Shown: positions 9,992-20,128, counted from the first letter of the stretch. The stretch is DNA of 64,000 nt from an uncultured Pseudomonadota bacterium (GCA_963844565.1 CAWJON010000002.1:1828667-1892666), one strand, 5' to 3'. Notes: a model not told the origin generated them from the letters alone. Numbers and translations: made by a program.

Positions 9992-10441
9992 TTATTTTAA
10001 CATGCTTTTAACTTTGGCGCTTACGGCAGCCATATCGGCTCGCCCAGCCAGCTGAGTTTTCAGCACAGCCATCACTTTGCCCATTTCATTCGCGGATTTC
10101 GCTTGAGTTTGTTCAATCGCAGTTTGTATGGCCAAATCAATTTCAGCTTCTGTCAGTTGAGCAGGCAAATAAGTTTTTAATAGTTCTAATTCAGCTTCCT
10201 CTTTGACGACTAGGTCATTGCGATTGCCGACTTGGAATTGAGCGATTGAATCCAGCCGCTGTTTAATCATCTTATTAATGATATTAATGATGTCCATATC
10301 CGTCAGCGTTATTCGTTCGTCAACTTCTCTTTGTTTAATGGCGGCAAGCAATAATCGAATGGTGGTTAGCCGATGGCTTTCTTTGGCCCGCATAGCCGCT
10401 TTCATTTCTTCTTGAATGCGATTTTTAAGTGAATCAGCCAT
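9992..10441 (-). CDS. yqeY: GatB/YqeY domain protein
   Basis: 'LKNRIQEEMKAAMRAKE..RLTTIRLLLAAIKQREVDE' is typical YqeY. Start ATG at 10441. Confidence 0.85.
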   Translation of the reverse strand: MADSLKNRIQEEMKAAMRAKESHRLTTIRLLLAAIKQREVDERITLTDMDIINIINKMIKQRLDSIAQFQVGNRNDLVVKEEAELELLKTYLPAQLTEAEIDLAIQTAIEQTQAKSANEMGKVMAVLKTQLAGRADMAAVSAKVKSMLK

Positions 10442-10449
10442 AAATTTGA

Positions 10450-10674
10450 TCAATAACGAGTTTTTTCACGGTCCATGATTTCTTGTTCTTTCTGCAATTT
10501 CTTTTGGTAGCGTTTAATCGCAGCTGCTTTTTTACGTTTACGTTTTGTGGTTGGTTTTTCGTAACTTTCAATTTGACGCAGCTTACTCATAATCCCTGCT
10601 TTCTCGCAGGCACGTTTGAAACGACGCATCGCTAAATCAAAAGAGCTTCTTTCTGATATCTCAACAGTGGGCAT
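10450..10674 (-). CDS. rpsU: 30S ribosomal protein S21
   Basis: '[55 protein letters not shown]' aligns with E. coli S21. ATG at 10674. Confidence 0.95.
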   Translation of the reverse strand: MPTVEISERSSFDLAMRRFKRACEKAGIMSKLRQIESYEKPTTKRKRKKAAAIKRYQKKLQKEQEIMDREKTRY

Positions 10675-10767
10675 ATTACTAGACACCTCATATTCGATTA
10701 AGTAAAAAGAATATAATAGTATCTTTTTTTAAAGTAATCAATAAAAATAAAATTAATCTACTAAAAG

Positions 10768-11523
10768 TTATAAATGTCCATAATATACTTTTGTTTCATA
10801 GGGTAAATCGACAAATCCATCATATTGATAACTATCGAAAATCTTTCTTAATTGAACCATCATTGCTGGGTAATTGCGGGTTTCCTCGGTAGGACAATAA
10901 GATGTAGAGCGTAACCGCCCTTGAAACCCTTCCCAATCAAAGCGTTGGCCAAACGGATATTGGATGGTTTTCATTGTATTCGGAGAGAAGAAGTCTTCTT
11001 TAACGACACTCTCCATATTTTCAGCCACCGAACCACGATAATTAATCCCATACTGTTGAACAAGCGCTTCATATTCTTTGACTAACTCTGAACGTAGATC
11101 GCGTACATTCCAGACCAAAACCACCCAACCTTGGGGTTTTAAAATCCTTCTAAATTCCTCGCGAGTTTTTTCAACCTCAAACCAATGGAAAGCCGTGCCC
11201 ACACTCACCAAGTCAATGGAACTGCTGGACAAAGTAGTCGATTCAGCCGTTCCGTTTACACTCACGAATTTGGGATAAATCGCTAAATATTGTTCACCCT
11301 GGTTACGCATGGATTCATTGGGTTCAACTCCATAAACCCTGTTACCCCTTCTTAACCATAATTCGGTTAGGAGGCCTGTTCCAGAACCCACATCAGCAAT
11401 GATACTGTTTTGGTTCAAATGACAATTAAAGATTATTTCGTCGCCCATTTGCGCTGGGTAACTCGGTCGATATTTAACATAATAATCAGCAGTTTGAGTA
11501 AATCTTTCAGTCGGTTTTTTCAT
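10768..11523 (-). CDS. class I SAM-dependent methyltransferase
   Basis: Motif I 'IADVGSGTGLLTE' and 'VYGVEPNESM', 251 aa. Confidence 0.8.
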   Translation of the reverse strand: MKKPTERFTQTADYYVKYRPSYPAQMGDEIIFNCHLNQNSIIADVGSGTGLLTELWLRRGNRVYGVEPNESMRNQGEQYLAIYPKFVSVNGTAESTTLSSSSIDLVSVGTAFHWFEVEKTREEFRRILKPQGWVVLVWNVRDLRSELVKEYEALVQQYGINYRGSVAENMESVVKEDFFSPNTMKTIQYPFGQRFDWEGFQGRLRSTSYCPTEETRNYPAMMVQLRKIFDSYQYDGFVDLPYETKVYYGHL

Positions 11524-11599
11524 ATTAATTGTTTATTTTATACAAGATCAAATTTACGTGCTCTATCGTACTATATATATAGTTTAGTATAAATATCCT

Positions 11600-11755
11600 G
11601 CAAACTGCGGGCGTAAGCCCGTAACCTTACGCAATGGGGTTTCAAAAGGGGAGAATGCGAATTCTCCCCTTTTTGTCGCCCGGGCGAACTTTGTTCGCGC
11701 GGAGCGAAATCAGATAGAGAAAATACCCCGTGCGTCAGCTCGGGGTATTTTATAT
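11600..11755. ncRNA. candidate small structured RNA or leader (GC-rich hairpin cluster in a divergent intergenic region)
   Basis: The local GC content is far above that of the flanks. Mutually exclusive hairpins GGGC-GTAA-GCCC and GCGTAAG..CTTACGC. GGGGAGAAT-gcga-ATTCTCCCC followed by TTTTT. AATACCCCG-n10-CGGGGTATT with a T-run on the minus strand. Both flanking genes start here, so the terminators serve neither of them. Confidence 0.35.
11648..11675 (+). terminator. intrinsic-terminator-like hairpin (9-bp GC-rich stem plus T5)
   Basis: ggggagaat gcga attctcccc ttttt read directly. It also reads as a hairpin plus T4 on the minus strand. Confidence 0.5.
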
Positions 11756-11815
11756 TGCTGAAAAATTCTGAATAAATTATCATTGATCCAATTCTTAACT
11801 TGCTGAGGCCAACCT

Positions 11816-12454
11816 ATGGAAAATTCGTTGAAAAAAATTCTGCAAGGATATCAAACGTTCCGAGAAAAATACGTCCTCGGGGATAATTCTATCATGCAAC
11901 ATTTGTCCAGTAACGGCCAACAGCCTCAAACTATGGTGGTTTCTTGTTGCGATTCACGGGTAGATCCTGCTTTATTACTGCAATGCGACCCAGGTGATTT
12001 ATTTGTAGTAAGAAATGTCGCGAATGTCATCCCGCCTTATGAAAAAGATGAAGCACATCATGGCACCAGCGCCGCATTAGAATTTGGCATTTGTTTTTTA
12101 AAGGTCAAACACCTTATTTTATTAGGACACAGCCAATGCGGAGGCATTCAAGTTTTGTTAAATCGAACCGACGACAGCAATCAGAATGATTTTATTACCA
12201 ATTGGGTTTCGATAATTAAATCATCTCATGTGCAATTAGATGCCGATGAATATGCAAAGTTTGCATTACATCAATCTTTACAAAATTGTCTTTCATTTCC
12301 ATGGATTAAAGATAAAATCAATCAAGAAAATTTAATTATTCATCTTTGGTTTTTTGATGTTAAGCAAGGAAAAATTTTTTCATATTCGGAACGACAAAAA
12401 AAATATTTGCCGCTTGATTCGCTAGAAACACAAAATTACGGTATTTCAAAATAA
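11816..12454 (+). CDS. can: beta-class carbonic anhydrase
   Basis: Zinc-ligand motifs 'SCCDSRVDP' and 'GHSQCGG', 212 aa. Confidence 0.9.
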   Translation: MENSLKKILQGYQTFREKYVLGDNSIMQHLSSNGQQPQTMVVSCCDSRVDPALLLQCDPGDLFVVRNVANVIPPYEKDEAHHGTSAALEFGICFLKVKHLILLGHSQCGGIQVLLNRTDDSNQNDFITNWVSIIKSSHVQLDADEYAKFALHQSLQNCLSFPWIKDKINQENLIIHLWFFDVKQGKIFSYSERQKKYLPLDSLETQNYGISK

Positions 12455-12522
12455 ATTTTCAAAGCTTATAGTTTAATTGTGTGGGCCCATGACAAAAAAC
12501 AACTATAACTTTGAGGATTTTT

Positions 12523-13008
12523 ATGAAAAAAACAATCATTTCTTTATTAACATTGGTCTCAACCATTTCAACTCTTGATGCGGTTGCTTATAGCCCCACC
12601 ATTCAAATAGTATTTTCTGATATTAACAACATTTGTTTAGATGACAATAATCACACGGCGTTTAAATTTACCTATAATTATAATGCTAATAAAGATTTTG
12701 AATATTATAGTGGCATTAATGATGTTACTGAACAACCCAAAATCATTTCAGTGCCAACGCCAACCGCACAAGGTTATACTAAAAATTATGCCTATAATTA
12801 TTTCGCTATATCTAGTGCAGGGGATTGCGGAAAAAGAGAGTTTAATTATGTTAACACCGGAAATTGTTATGTGAAAAATATCATTCCCAGCGACGCTCAA
12901 AACAAACCTTTTTCCTATAAAATTACTGTAATTCCTGAAGCCACTGACGAAGAACCATATGGAACAAAAACTTACAATCTGAATTGCATGGTCAGCAAAA
13001 TGAATTAG
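12523..13008 (+). CDS. secreted hypothetical protein (signal peptide)
   Basis: ATG 12523 is preceded by GAGGA. 'MKKTIISLLTLVSTISTLDAVA' is signal-peptide-like. No recognisable domain. Confidence 0.6.
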   Translation: MKKTIISLLTLVSTISTLDAVAYSPTIQIVFSDINNICLDDNNHTAFKFTYNYNANKDFEYYSGINDVTEQPKIISVPTPTAQGYTKNYAYNYFAISSAGDCGKREFNYVNTGNCYVKNIIPSDAQNKPFSYKITVIPEATDEEPYGTKTYNLNCMVSKMN

Positions 13009-13017
13009 TGCAGGATA

Positions 13018-13815
13018 TTAAATTCGACAACAGGTGAGGAAAAAAGTAACTTCCTCATCTGAAACTTGTTTGGGTCTATCGGAGGATTTATAATCAGGCC
13101 TTAACAAGCGGATTGATAACCGATGTTTGCCCGCGCTTATTTCAGCATAAGCATTTAATTCTGCAGGGACACTAACCCTAATAAGATGGCAAGGCAATGA
13201 AGGATCTAAAGGTTGATGGTAAAAGCCGTTCGGGGTTTTAATTTCTTGGGGATTGGTGCTATTACGCGTTAACTCTAAAATTAACTCCGAGATAGCAGGC
13301 AAAGGATGCAAGCCAGCGGCCCAGTCATTTAATTGACTTAAGCGCTGATCAATCGGTTGCTTTAACCAAAGGGCCAGGTTTGGCACATGATGTAAAAAAA
13401 TGCCACCTGGATTTGCCAGCTGAGGCCGCAATGGGTTTAAAAATTCATTGGATCGCAAAGAATCCCCTACTCGCCCCTGCATGCGATGCAACTGCTGAAT
13501 TAAGTCATCTAAATTGGTCAAGATAGATTGAAGACGCTTCCCATCGACCTGAGGAAAACGTTCCAATTGGCCGAGGGTCGTGGAATATTGGGTGAGGGTT
13601 TGCATTAATTTCGATTTGATGTCTGGTCGATCAATGACGTCGATAATCCGCAGAATAGCAATAAGCGCCATTTGCGAACCATGAGAAGAGTGATCGTTCA
13701 AATGGTCATTCAATTGAGATAACAATTGTTCCAGACGCAAACAAATCCGCAATTGCTCATTAAGCGGTTGTTCAAAAACCAAGCCTTTTCTGTTTGATAA
13801 GTTCTCAGTACCCAT
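13018..13815 (-). CDS. zapD: cell division protein ZapD (YacF family)
   Basis: 'VFEQPLNEQLRICLRLEQLL' matches the ZapD N-terminal signature. Neighbourhood with coaE is as in E. coli yacF-coaE. Confidence 0.8.
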   Translation of the reverse strand: MGTENLSNRKGLVFEQPLNEQLRICLRLEQLLSQLNDHLNDHSSHGSQMALIAILRIIDVIDRPDIKSKLMQTLTQYSTTLGQLERFPQVDGKRLQSILTNLDDLIQQLHRMQGRVGDSLRSNEFLNPLRPQLANPGGIFLHHVPNLALWLKQPIDQRLSQLNDWAAGLHPLPAISELILELTRNSTNPQEIKTPNGFYHQPLDPSLPCHLIRVSVPAELNAYAEISAGKHRLSIRLLRPDYKSSDRPKQVSDEEVTFFLTCCRI

Positions 13816-13840
13816 ATAAAAATCATAACACATGAAGTGC

Positions 13841-14614
13841 TTATTGTCTAAAACACCTTGCGCTATCAACCGGAATATTGGGGTCGGTAGAGCGGGAGGG
13901 ATTGTTGTCCATACCAGCTCGACGCAGAAACCGCCCAGTAACCGTTAATTCATTTGGTTTGCAACGGTATAAGATATCGATAAAAATTCTTTCTATACAA
14001 TTTTCATTAAAATCAGTATCTTGGCGAAAAGAAATAAGATATTTTAATAATTGTTCGTGGACTATTTTGTGACCTTTGTAAGAGATTTGCAAACTTCCCC
14101 AAATGGGTTGTCCGGTTTTTTGGCAATTGGTTTTAAATAAATCTGAATAAACTGTTTCTTCTATTAGCTCTTCGGAATTCGTCAATAAATCGGGTTTAAC
14201 GGCGTAGGTATCCACCTCAACGTCTAGAAGATCTAAGCATATTCCAGTTAATCGTCCCAATTCACAATAGCTAATTTCAGTTACTAGTGCAAAATCAAGC
14301 AAAACCGGAGACTGCACACATTCACTCAAGTCTTTGGTTAGGGTCTGAATAACCTCATCTCGATGATTAAAACTGGCTTGGTGGAACGAATTTAAATACA
14401 AAGCAAAGGATTCTGCCTCTATTAGATTAGGAGAATGACTCGGAATTAAAAATTGCGCAATGGCGCTAATAGGTTGGCCTTTTTTATCCAACCAGGAAAA
14501 TTCATAAGCATTCCAAAGATCATAACCATAAAAAGGTGGTGAGCCTTGTATTCCCAACTTACTACGGAATGTATTTCTAGATACCGGGGACAAGAGACTA
14601 GGTTTATTTGCCAT
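13841..14614 (-). CDS. QueF-like (type II NADPH-dependent preQ0 reductase fold) with substituted catalytic residues
   Basis: Collinear with E. coli QueF to the last residues ('YDLWNAYEFSWLDKKGQP', 'NLIEAESFALYLNSF', 'TNCQKTGQPIWGSLQISY', '..RCFRQ'). See the finding for the Asp and His substitutions. Confidence 0.7.
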   Translation of the reverse strand: MANKPSLLSPVSRNTFRSKLGIQGSPPFYGYDLWNAYEFSWLDKKGQPISAIAQFLIPSHSPNLIEAESFALYLNSFHQASFNHRDEVIQTLTKDLSECVQSPVLLDFALVTEISYCELGRLTGICLDLLDVEVDTYAVKPDLLTNSEELIEETVYSDLFKTNCQKTGQPIWGSLQISYKGHKIVHEQLLKYLISFRQDTDFNENCIERIFIDILYRCKPNELTVTGRFLRRAGMDNNPSRSTDPNIPVDSARCFRQ

Positions 14615-14621
14615 GCCATTA

Positions 14622-15227
14622 TCATGCCTGATTGGCATTCTTCTGTAAATATTGGATATGCAACGCCATCACTTGTTTCTTTAGGGCGAGCAAGGAATCA
14701 TTATTCACAATGATATCATCGGCAATGTTTAATCGTTGTTCTCTTGAAGCCTGTATTTCTATAATCGCAGTTATCTCAAGCGCAGAAACCTGATCTCGCT
14801 TCGCAGCCCAAACGGTACGCAGGTTAGTGGGTGCATCCACTACACAGATCCGATTTAAAAAATCTATTTTATGAATCGCTTCAACTAATAAAGGAATAAC
14901 CACGATACAATAAGGAGCCTGCAGACGGGTTAATCTTTGTTTGATTTCATTAATGATTAAAGGATGCAAAATTTGCTCTACTATGAGCTGGCTTTTTTTA
15001 TCTGCAAATATGATTTGCCTCAATTTTTTACGATCCAACTCGCCTTCCGCCGTCAATATGTCCGCACCAAAATGCGCTAAAATTTTCTCATAACCAGGTT
15101 CGTTCACCGCAGTCACTTCACGAGCAATAATATCTGCATCAATTATCATAGCCCCCAACTCTGCAAACATTTTTGCCACGGTGGACTTACCACTTCCAAT
15201 ACCACCCGTTAATCCAACACACAACAT
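14622..15227 (-). CDS. coaE: dephospho-CoA kinase
   Basis: P-loop 'GLTGGIGSGKSTV', 201 aa, adjacent to pilD as in many gammaproteobacteria. Confidence 0.9.
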   Translation of the reverse strand: MLCVGLTGGIGSGKSTVAKMFAELGAMIIDADIIAREVTAVNEPGYEKILAHFGADILTAEGELDRKKLRQIIFADKKSQLIVEQILHPLIINEIKQRLTRLQAPYCIVVIPLLVEAIHKIDFLNRICVVDAPTNLRTVWAAKRDQVSALEITAIIEIQASREQRLNIADDIIVNNDSLLALKKQVMALHIQYLQKNANQA

Positions 15228-15242
15228 TCAACAAATTTCCAT

Positions 15243-16097
15243 TTAAAAAAGCAACCAGCGGCTAAAATAAGAAGCGAACATAAAAGTTAACCATCCCGCC
15301 AAAGCCAGAGATGGGCCAAAAGGAAGGGGATGATCATAAACAATTTTTTTTCGAACTAACAAGAAGATAGCCGCCAGCAAACTAAATACCGCCGCCAAAA
15401 ACACGACGTAAATTAAAGGTAATGGGCCTAACCAGGCTCCCAAAAAGGCAAGTAATTTAAAATCACCATAACCAAGTCCCGGTTTTCGGCGAATTTTGGC
15501 AAATAAATTTGCAATTATCCAAAAAAATATATACCCCCCAAATGCGCCACCAATAGCCTGGACAGGAGTGATAAATAGCTGCTGAGTGCTAACAATCAAA
15601 CCAATCCATAACCCCGCTAACGTGATTGCGTCTGGCAATATTTTGTTTCGCCAGTCTATACCGCCCAAAGTAATTAAAATCCAACTAAAAACCCAAGTCG
15701 CTACCGTCTGCCAACTGATTCCATATTTGAAAAAGACGATTACGGTTACAATCGCAGTCAACAATTCAACAACCCAGTATTGGGCAGAAATACGAGTACC
15801 GCAATATCCGCAGCGACCCCGCAATGTGATGTAACTGATTAAAGGGATATTTTGAAACCATTTCAATGCATGCCCACATTGAAGACAATGTGACCGGGGC
15901 TTAATCAAATTATCAGCCGGTTTTTCTGGTTCATCAGCAATTTTTAAAAATGTGACGCATTCTTTTCGCCAGGCTTGCATTAACATGACTGGATAGCGAA
16001 TGATAACCACGTTTAGAAAGCTACCTATAATCAGCCCCAATATACCAACACCGATAATGGCAACAACCCAATGCGTTTGTAAAAAGAATAAATTCAT
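15243..16097 (-). CDS. pilD: prepilin peptidase / N-methyltransferase (A24 family)
   Basis: Cys-rich box 'CLQCGHAL..GRCGYCGTRIS' and a polytopic membrane profile, 284 aa. Confidence 0.9.
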   Translation of the reverse strand: MNLFFLQTHWVVAIIGVGILGLIIGSFLNVVIIRYPVMLMQAWRKECVTFLKIADEPEKPADNLIKPRSHCLQCGHALKWFQNIPLISYITLRGRCGYCGTRISAQYWVVELLTAIVTVIVFFKYGISWQTVATWVFSWILITLGGIDWRNKILPDAITLAGLWIGLIVSTQQLFITPVQAIGGAFGGYIFFWIIANLFAKIRRKPGLGYGDFKLLAFLGAWLGPLPLIYVVFLAAVFSLLAAIFLLVRKKIVYDHPLPFGPSLALAGWLTFMFASYFSRWLLF

Positions 16098-17284
16098 ATC
16101 TTACGTATTTGAGCAAATGTTAAAATTGAAATAATCCCCAACATTATACAAAAAATCCACAAACCACTAGCGGTAAAATGCTGCATAATCAATCCACCCG
16201 CCCATGGACCAATGAACATACCTAGGTTAACACTGGTGCTATAGAGCGACATATACCCACCGCGCCCTGTTTCTGGAGCAATTTCTGCAATATAAGAAGT
16301 AGCGGAAGGCATGAGGACCATTTCTCCAATCGTCCATACCATCGTTAAAAACATCACTTCCCAGGCCATGCTTGCAAATAAAAATCCGCCAAATCCAATG
16401 GTCATAAAAATACTTCCCACAATGAGACACCGACGTCCGCTCCAATGTGATGTTGCGATATTGATTGGCAGTTCAAAAAATACAATCATTAGCGTATTAA
16501 TGGTAAATAAGATCCCGTAAAAACTTAAGGGAAGATGTAAATTCCTGCTCAAGAAAATCGATAAAGTTGAAGAGTGCTGATAAAAAACCATGGTGATTGG
16601 AATCATTCCCAAAATAATCAATCTCAATGTAAAATCACTTTTTAGAAATTTAACCCCAGAACTATACTCTCCAGTTGATTCACGATGAGTCTCTTTGATT
16701 ATTTGCGAGTGCAATAATCCAACCAGCAGAATACCTGATCCAATCACATTGACGGCGCCATTGGCAATGAAAATGGCTGAAAAAGAATGCATAGCCAAAT
16801 ATCCACCCACCGCCGGACCAATACTCATTCCTAAGTTAATCGCTAATCTATAGATAGAGAAGGTTAGTTTATAACTGCCCACAGGGGAAACAGAGCTAAC
16901 AAATGTTTGAGAGGCTGGTCGATACAATCCAGAAAAGAACCCCCAAAACATGCACAGCAAGTGGATTTGCCAGAAATGACGGGCTAATGGGAAAAAAAGT
17001 AAGACGATGCCATTGAGCAAGAGGGAGATGATCATTACCCGACGCGAACCAAATCGATCGGCCAACCCACCCCCAAAGATACCGCTAATTAGCATGAAAA
17101 AAGCGCATATCGCGTAGGAAAATGAGGCTTGGGGCAAATTCAGCTTTAAATATAATGACAAATATGGGACTAACATAACCAGCGCCATAGACCCCAATTG
17201 ATTAATGACGGTTGCGCCAATAACGAACCAAAAAGAGCTTGGTAATTTTTTTATATGAATAATGCTGGTTTTTAAACGACTCAT
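16094..17284 (-). CDS. MFS transporter
   Basis: 396 aa, about 12 hydrophobic segments, 'GGLADRFGSRRV' MFS loop motif. The stop overlaps the pilD start by 4 nt. Confidence 0.8.
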   Translation of the reverse strand: MSRLKTSIIHIKKLPSSFWFVIGATVINQLGSMALVMLVPYLSLYLKLNLPQASFSYAICAFFMLISGIFGGGLADRFGSRRVMIISLLLNGIVLLFFPLARHFWQIHLLCMFWGFFSGLYRPASQTFVSSVSPVGSYKLTFSIYRLAINLGMSIGPAVGGYLAMHSFSAIFIANGAVNVIGSGILLVGLLHSQIIKETHRESTGEYSSGVKFLKSDFTLRLIILGMIPITMVFYQHSSTLSIFLSRNLHLPLSFYGILFTINTLMIVFFELPINIATSHWSGRRCLIVGSIFMTIGFGGFLFASMAWEVMFLTMVWTIGEMVLMPSATSYIAEIAPETGRGGYMSLYSTSVNLGMFIGPWAGGLIMQHFTASGLWIFCIMLGIISILTFAQIRKI

Positions 17285-17322
17285 TCCTTACCACTTGCCA
17301 CAGTATTATATAATAAAGTATA

Positions 17323-18513
17323 TCATAGAGCAGAACCCAACCTGAATACTGGCAAATACATTGCTATGATTAATCCACCCACCAAGATCGCCAGTAGCAC
17401 CATTAACATCGGCTCAAGCCATTCTGCGAACGCATCGATTTTATGTTCAATATTAACCTCTAGAATATCCGCCGCCTCCAATAACATTCGCGTTAGTTGG
17501 CCGGCGCTTTCACCAATACCGATCATTTGCACAGCTCTGCTGGGAAAGATAAATTTTCCGCGAATGCTGTACAAAAAAGAATTCCCCAAATGAATGCTTT
17601 GCTTAATTTCGCTTAAAATATTTTGGTAATACAAATTAGGAATTGTTGGAATGGATAATTCAATGGTATCGATTAATGGTATACCCGCGTTTAACAAGAT
17701 CGCCAATAAACGCATCCAATTAGCTGCGTACCAAATGCAAAGAAAATTTCCGACGCCAGGTAGCCTTAAAATAAGTCCGTGTATCAATTTTTTATAGCTA
17801 GCTGAGTTAACAAAAATCTTTTTATTTGTTATAAATAATATTAATAATACTTCAATTATTAGCAAACAATTTTGCTGTAAAAATTTGGAAAATCCGATAA
17901 CGCTCAGAGTAAACCCAGGAAGTTTAGCACCAAAACCATCAAAAATATTTTTAAATTGAGGAACAACAAAAATTAACAAAGCGAAAGTTATGATTAATGA
18001 AATGCTTAATATCACCACAGGATAGTAAACTGCTTTAATGACTTTAAAGCGAGTTTTTAATTTATGATTTTGGAAATTCGATAATTGATTTAAAATTTCT
18101 TTTAATGTTCCTGATCGCTCTGCAGCATGTATTAACGCACAATAAGAAGGTTCAAAGTAATTAGGGAACTTGTTTAATGCTTCTGCTATACTCATGCCAT
18201 TTACAATAAAATTTGTAATCTTAATAATAAGAACACGCAATGCAGGGAATTCATTTTCTTGAGAAAGCATGTGCAAACAGCTTACAAACTCAATATTTGC
18301 ATTAAATAATATTGATAGTTGACGTGTAAATTCGGCCAGAATCTTTGCACTAATTTTTTTGGCAAAAAGGTTTGAATTATAAATTTTTCTTTTAACTTTT
18401 AAGCAAGAAATTCCATGTTTCTTTAACTCAAGGATTAGTTGAGAACGTGAACCTGAAAATTCCCCATTAACTTTTTGCCCTTGCTGATTTACCCCAATCC
18501 AACTATAAATCAT
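17323..18513 (-). CDS. pilC: type IV pilus assembly platform protein PilC (GspF family)
   Basis: 396 aa with a duplicated GspF-type architecture, located between pilB and pilD. Confidence 0.85.
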   Translation of the reverse strand: MIYSWIGVNQQGQKVNGEFSGSRSQLILELKKHGISCLKVKRKIYNSNLFAKKISAKILAEFTRQLSILFNANIEFVSCLHMLSQENEFPALRVLIIKITNFIVNGMSIAEALNKFPNYFEPSYCALIHAAERSGTLKEILNQLSNFQNHKLKTRFKVIKAVYYPVVILSISLIITFALLIFVVPQFKNIFDGFGAKLPGFTLSVIGFSKFLQQNCLLIIEVLLILFITNKKIFVNSASYKKLIHGLILRLPGVGNFLCIWYAANWMRLLAILLNAGIPLIDTIELSIPTIPNLYYQNILSEIKQSIHLGNSFLYSIRGKFIFPSRAVQMIGIGESAGQLTRMLLEAADILEVNIEHKIDAFAEWLEPMLMVLLAILVGGLIIAMYLPVFRLGSAL

Positions 18514-19657
18514 TGCCTAAAACTCGGTGAATTTCGAGCATGTTAGTAATCCCTTCATTGACTTTTTGTAACCCATGCTGCCACAATGTCTGCATTCCTT
18601 GTTGCTCAAGTATAGATTCCAATTGCATATTCGTGGCATGATCTAGCAGCAAATGACTATTTTCTTTAGAGACATTCAGTAGTTCGAAAACTCCCGTCCT
18701 CCCTAAAAATCCATCTGCGCAATAAGAACAGATTTTTGAATCTTTGCAAAATTGGCATAATTTGCGAATTAACCTTTGCGCGACAATCAAACGGATTGAA
18801 CTAATTAAGTTAAATGATGCAATTCCCATATTACTTAAGCGGGTAAATGTTGCTGCTGCACTATTGGTATGCAACGTTGCTAATACTAAATGTCCCGTTT
18901 GCGCGGCACGCACTGCAATTTCTGCGGTTTCCCTATCGCGAATTTCTCCAACCATAATAATATCCGGATCTTGACGCAAAAATGCCCGCAACACGTTGGC
19001 AAAGGTTAACCCCGATTTCTCATTAACATTAACTTGATTAATTCCATTCACCTGTATCTCAACCGGTTCTTCGACCGTTGAAATATTATGCATTTCTTTA
19101 TTAAGATAAGACAGAGCCGTATAAAGAGTTATTGTTTTGCCACTTCCAGTCGGACCAGTAACCAATATTAAACCCTGAGGTTTATCTAAAGTGGTTAATA
19201 GGATTTTTTTATTTTCTTCTCCTAAACCTAATTCATCTATGGCCAATATTTTTTTATTTCCATCTAAAAGACGAATAACAATTTTTTCACCAAATAAAGT
19301 TGGACAAGTACTCAAACGACAGTCGCGAGTTTGCTCGTCCAGAGTTTTGAATGCAAAACGGCCATCTTGAGGCAACCGTCTCTCAGAGATATCACATTGA
19401 GACATTACTTTTAATCGGCTGGTTACTGCGCTGGCTAATTCCAGTGGGGCCTTCATCAATTCATAGAGCAACCCATCAATACGCAAACGAATTCGATAAC
19501 AATCTATCAACGGTTCACAATGAACGTCCGAGGCTTGCCGATGAATCGCGTCGGTTAGAATTTTTTCTACAAACTCAACCGCTGGAGAAGAGCCAATTAT
19601 TTCATTTTCCGATAATTTCTTTGAGTCTAAAACCTCTCCTTTCAGATCAATTTGCAT
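18503..19657 (-). CDS. pilB: type IV pilus assembly ATPase PilB/GspE family (short form lacking the N-terminal domain)
   Basis: Walker A 'GPTGSGKT', Asp box, 'ATLHTN' His box, and the tetracysteine '[13 protein letters not shown]' typical of PilB/GspE. Only about 384 aa. Confidence 0.85.
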   Translation of the reverse strand: MQIDLKGEVLDSKKLSENEIIGSSPAVEFVEKILTDAIHRQASDVHCEPLIDCYRIRLRIDGLLYELMKAPLELASAVTSRLKVMSQCDISERRLPQDGRFAFKTLDEQTRDCRLSTCPTLFGEKIVIRLLDGNKKILAIDELGLGEENKKILLTTLDKPQGLILVTGPTGSGKTITLYTALSYLNKEMHNISTVEEPVEIQVNGINQVNVNEKSGLTFANVLRAFLRQDPDIIMVGEIRDRETAEIAVRAAQTGHLVLATLHTNSAAATFTRLSNMGIASFNLISSIRLIVAQRLIRKLCQFCKDSKICSYCADGFLGRTGVFELLNVSKENSHLLLDHATNMQLESILEQQGMQTLWQHGLQKVNEGITNMLEIHRVLGNDL

Positions 19658-20072
19658 AACCGGCTTCCACCCCGCCCCCACTACTTTTCCAAATCAACAC
19701 GCCATTTTCGATATTGGGCGTTAAAATATAAGTATCGGTATTTTTGATTCCATTTTTATTTTGCGGTGTCACCGTGATCATGCCTGCCTCACCGACGATC
19801 ACGCTATCGATCAACCCCGCTCCTTCCCCACTTACAATGTCGAACGGAACTCCATTTTCACCTGCTAGGCAATTATCTAAAGCACCAAAAGATTGATAGC
19901 ATTCTTCAATGCCTACTTTAAACGGGGCAGTTGAACCCACAACTTCCGTGTAATGCGCCCGCCGCGTATAATTTTGATAAGAAGGAATCGCAATTGCCAC
20001 CAAAATGCCAATGATGGCAACGACGATCATTAATTCGATCAGTGTAAATCCGGGATTAAATAAATGTTTCAT
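19647..20072 (-). CDS. type IV pilin (PilA/PilE-like)
   Basis: Class III signal '[35 protein letters not shown]', ATG at 20072. Confidence 0.9.
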   Translation of the reverse strand: MKHLFNPGFTLIELMIVVAIIGILVAIAIPSYQNYTRRAHYTEVVGSTAPFKVGIEECYQSFGALDNCLAGENGVPFDIVSGEGAGLIDSVIVGEAGMITVTPQNKNGIKNTDTYILTPNIENGVLIWKSSGGGVEAGYAN

Positions 20073-20113
20073 ATCCGCTCCCTCAAAAGAACCGGCAACC
20101 CAAACTGCAAAAC

Positions 20114-20128
20114 AGCAAACTAGGACCC
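20114..20128 (-). promoter_or_regulatory. possible sigma-54 (-24/-12) promoter for the pilin gene
   Basis: The minus strand reads 'GGGTCCTAGTTTGCT' (GG-N10-GC spacing as in TGGCAC-N5-TTGCA), about 45 nt upstream of the pilin ATG. Confidence 0.3.
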
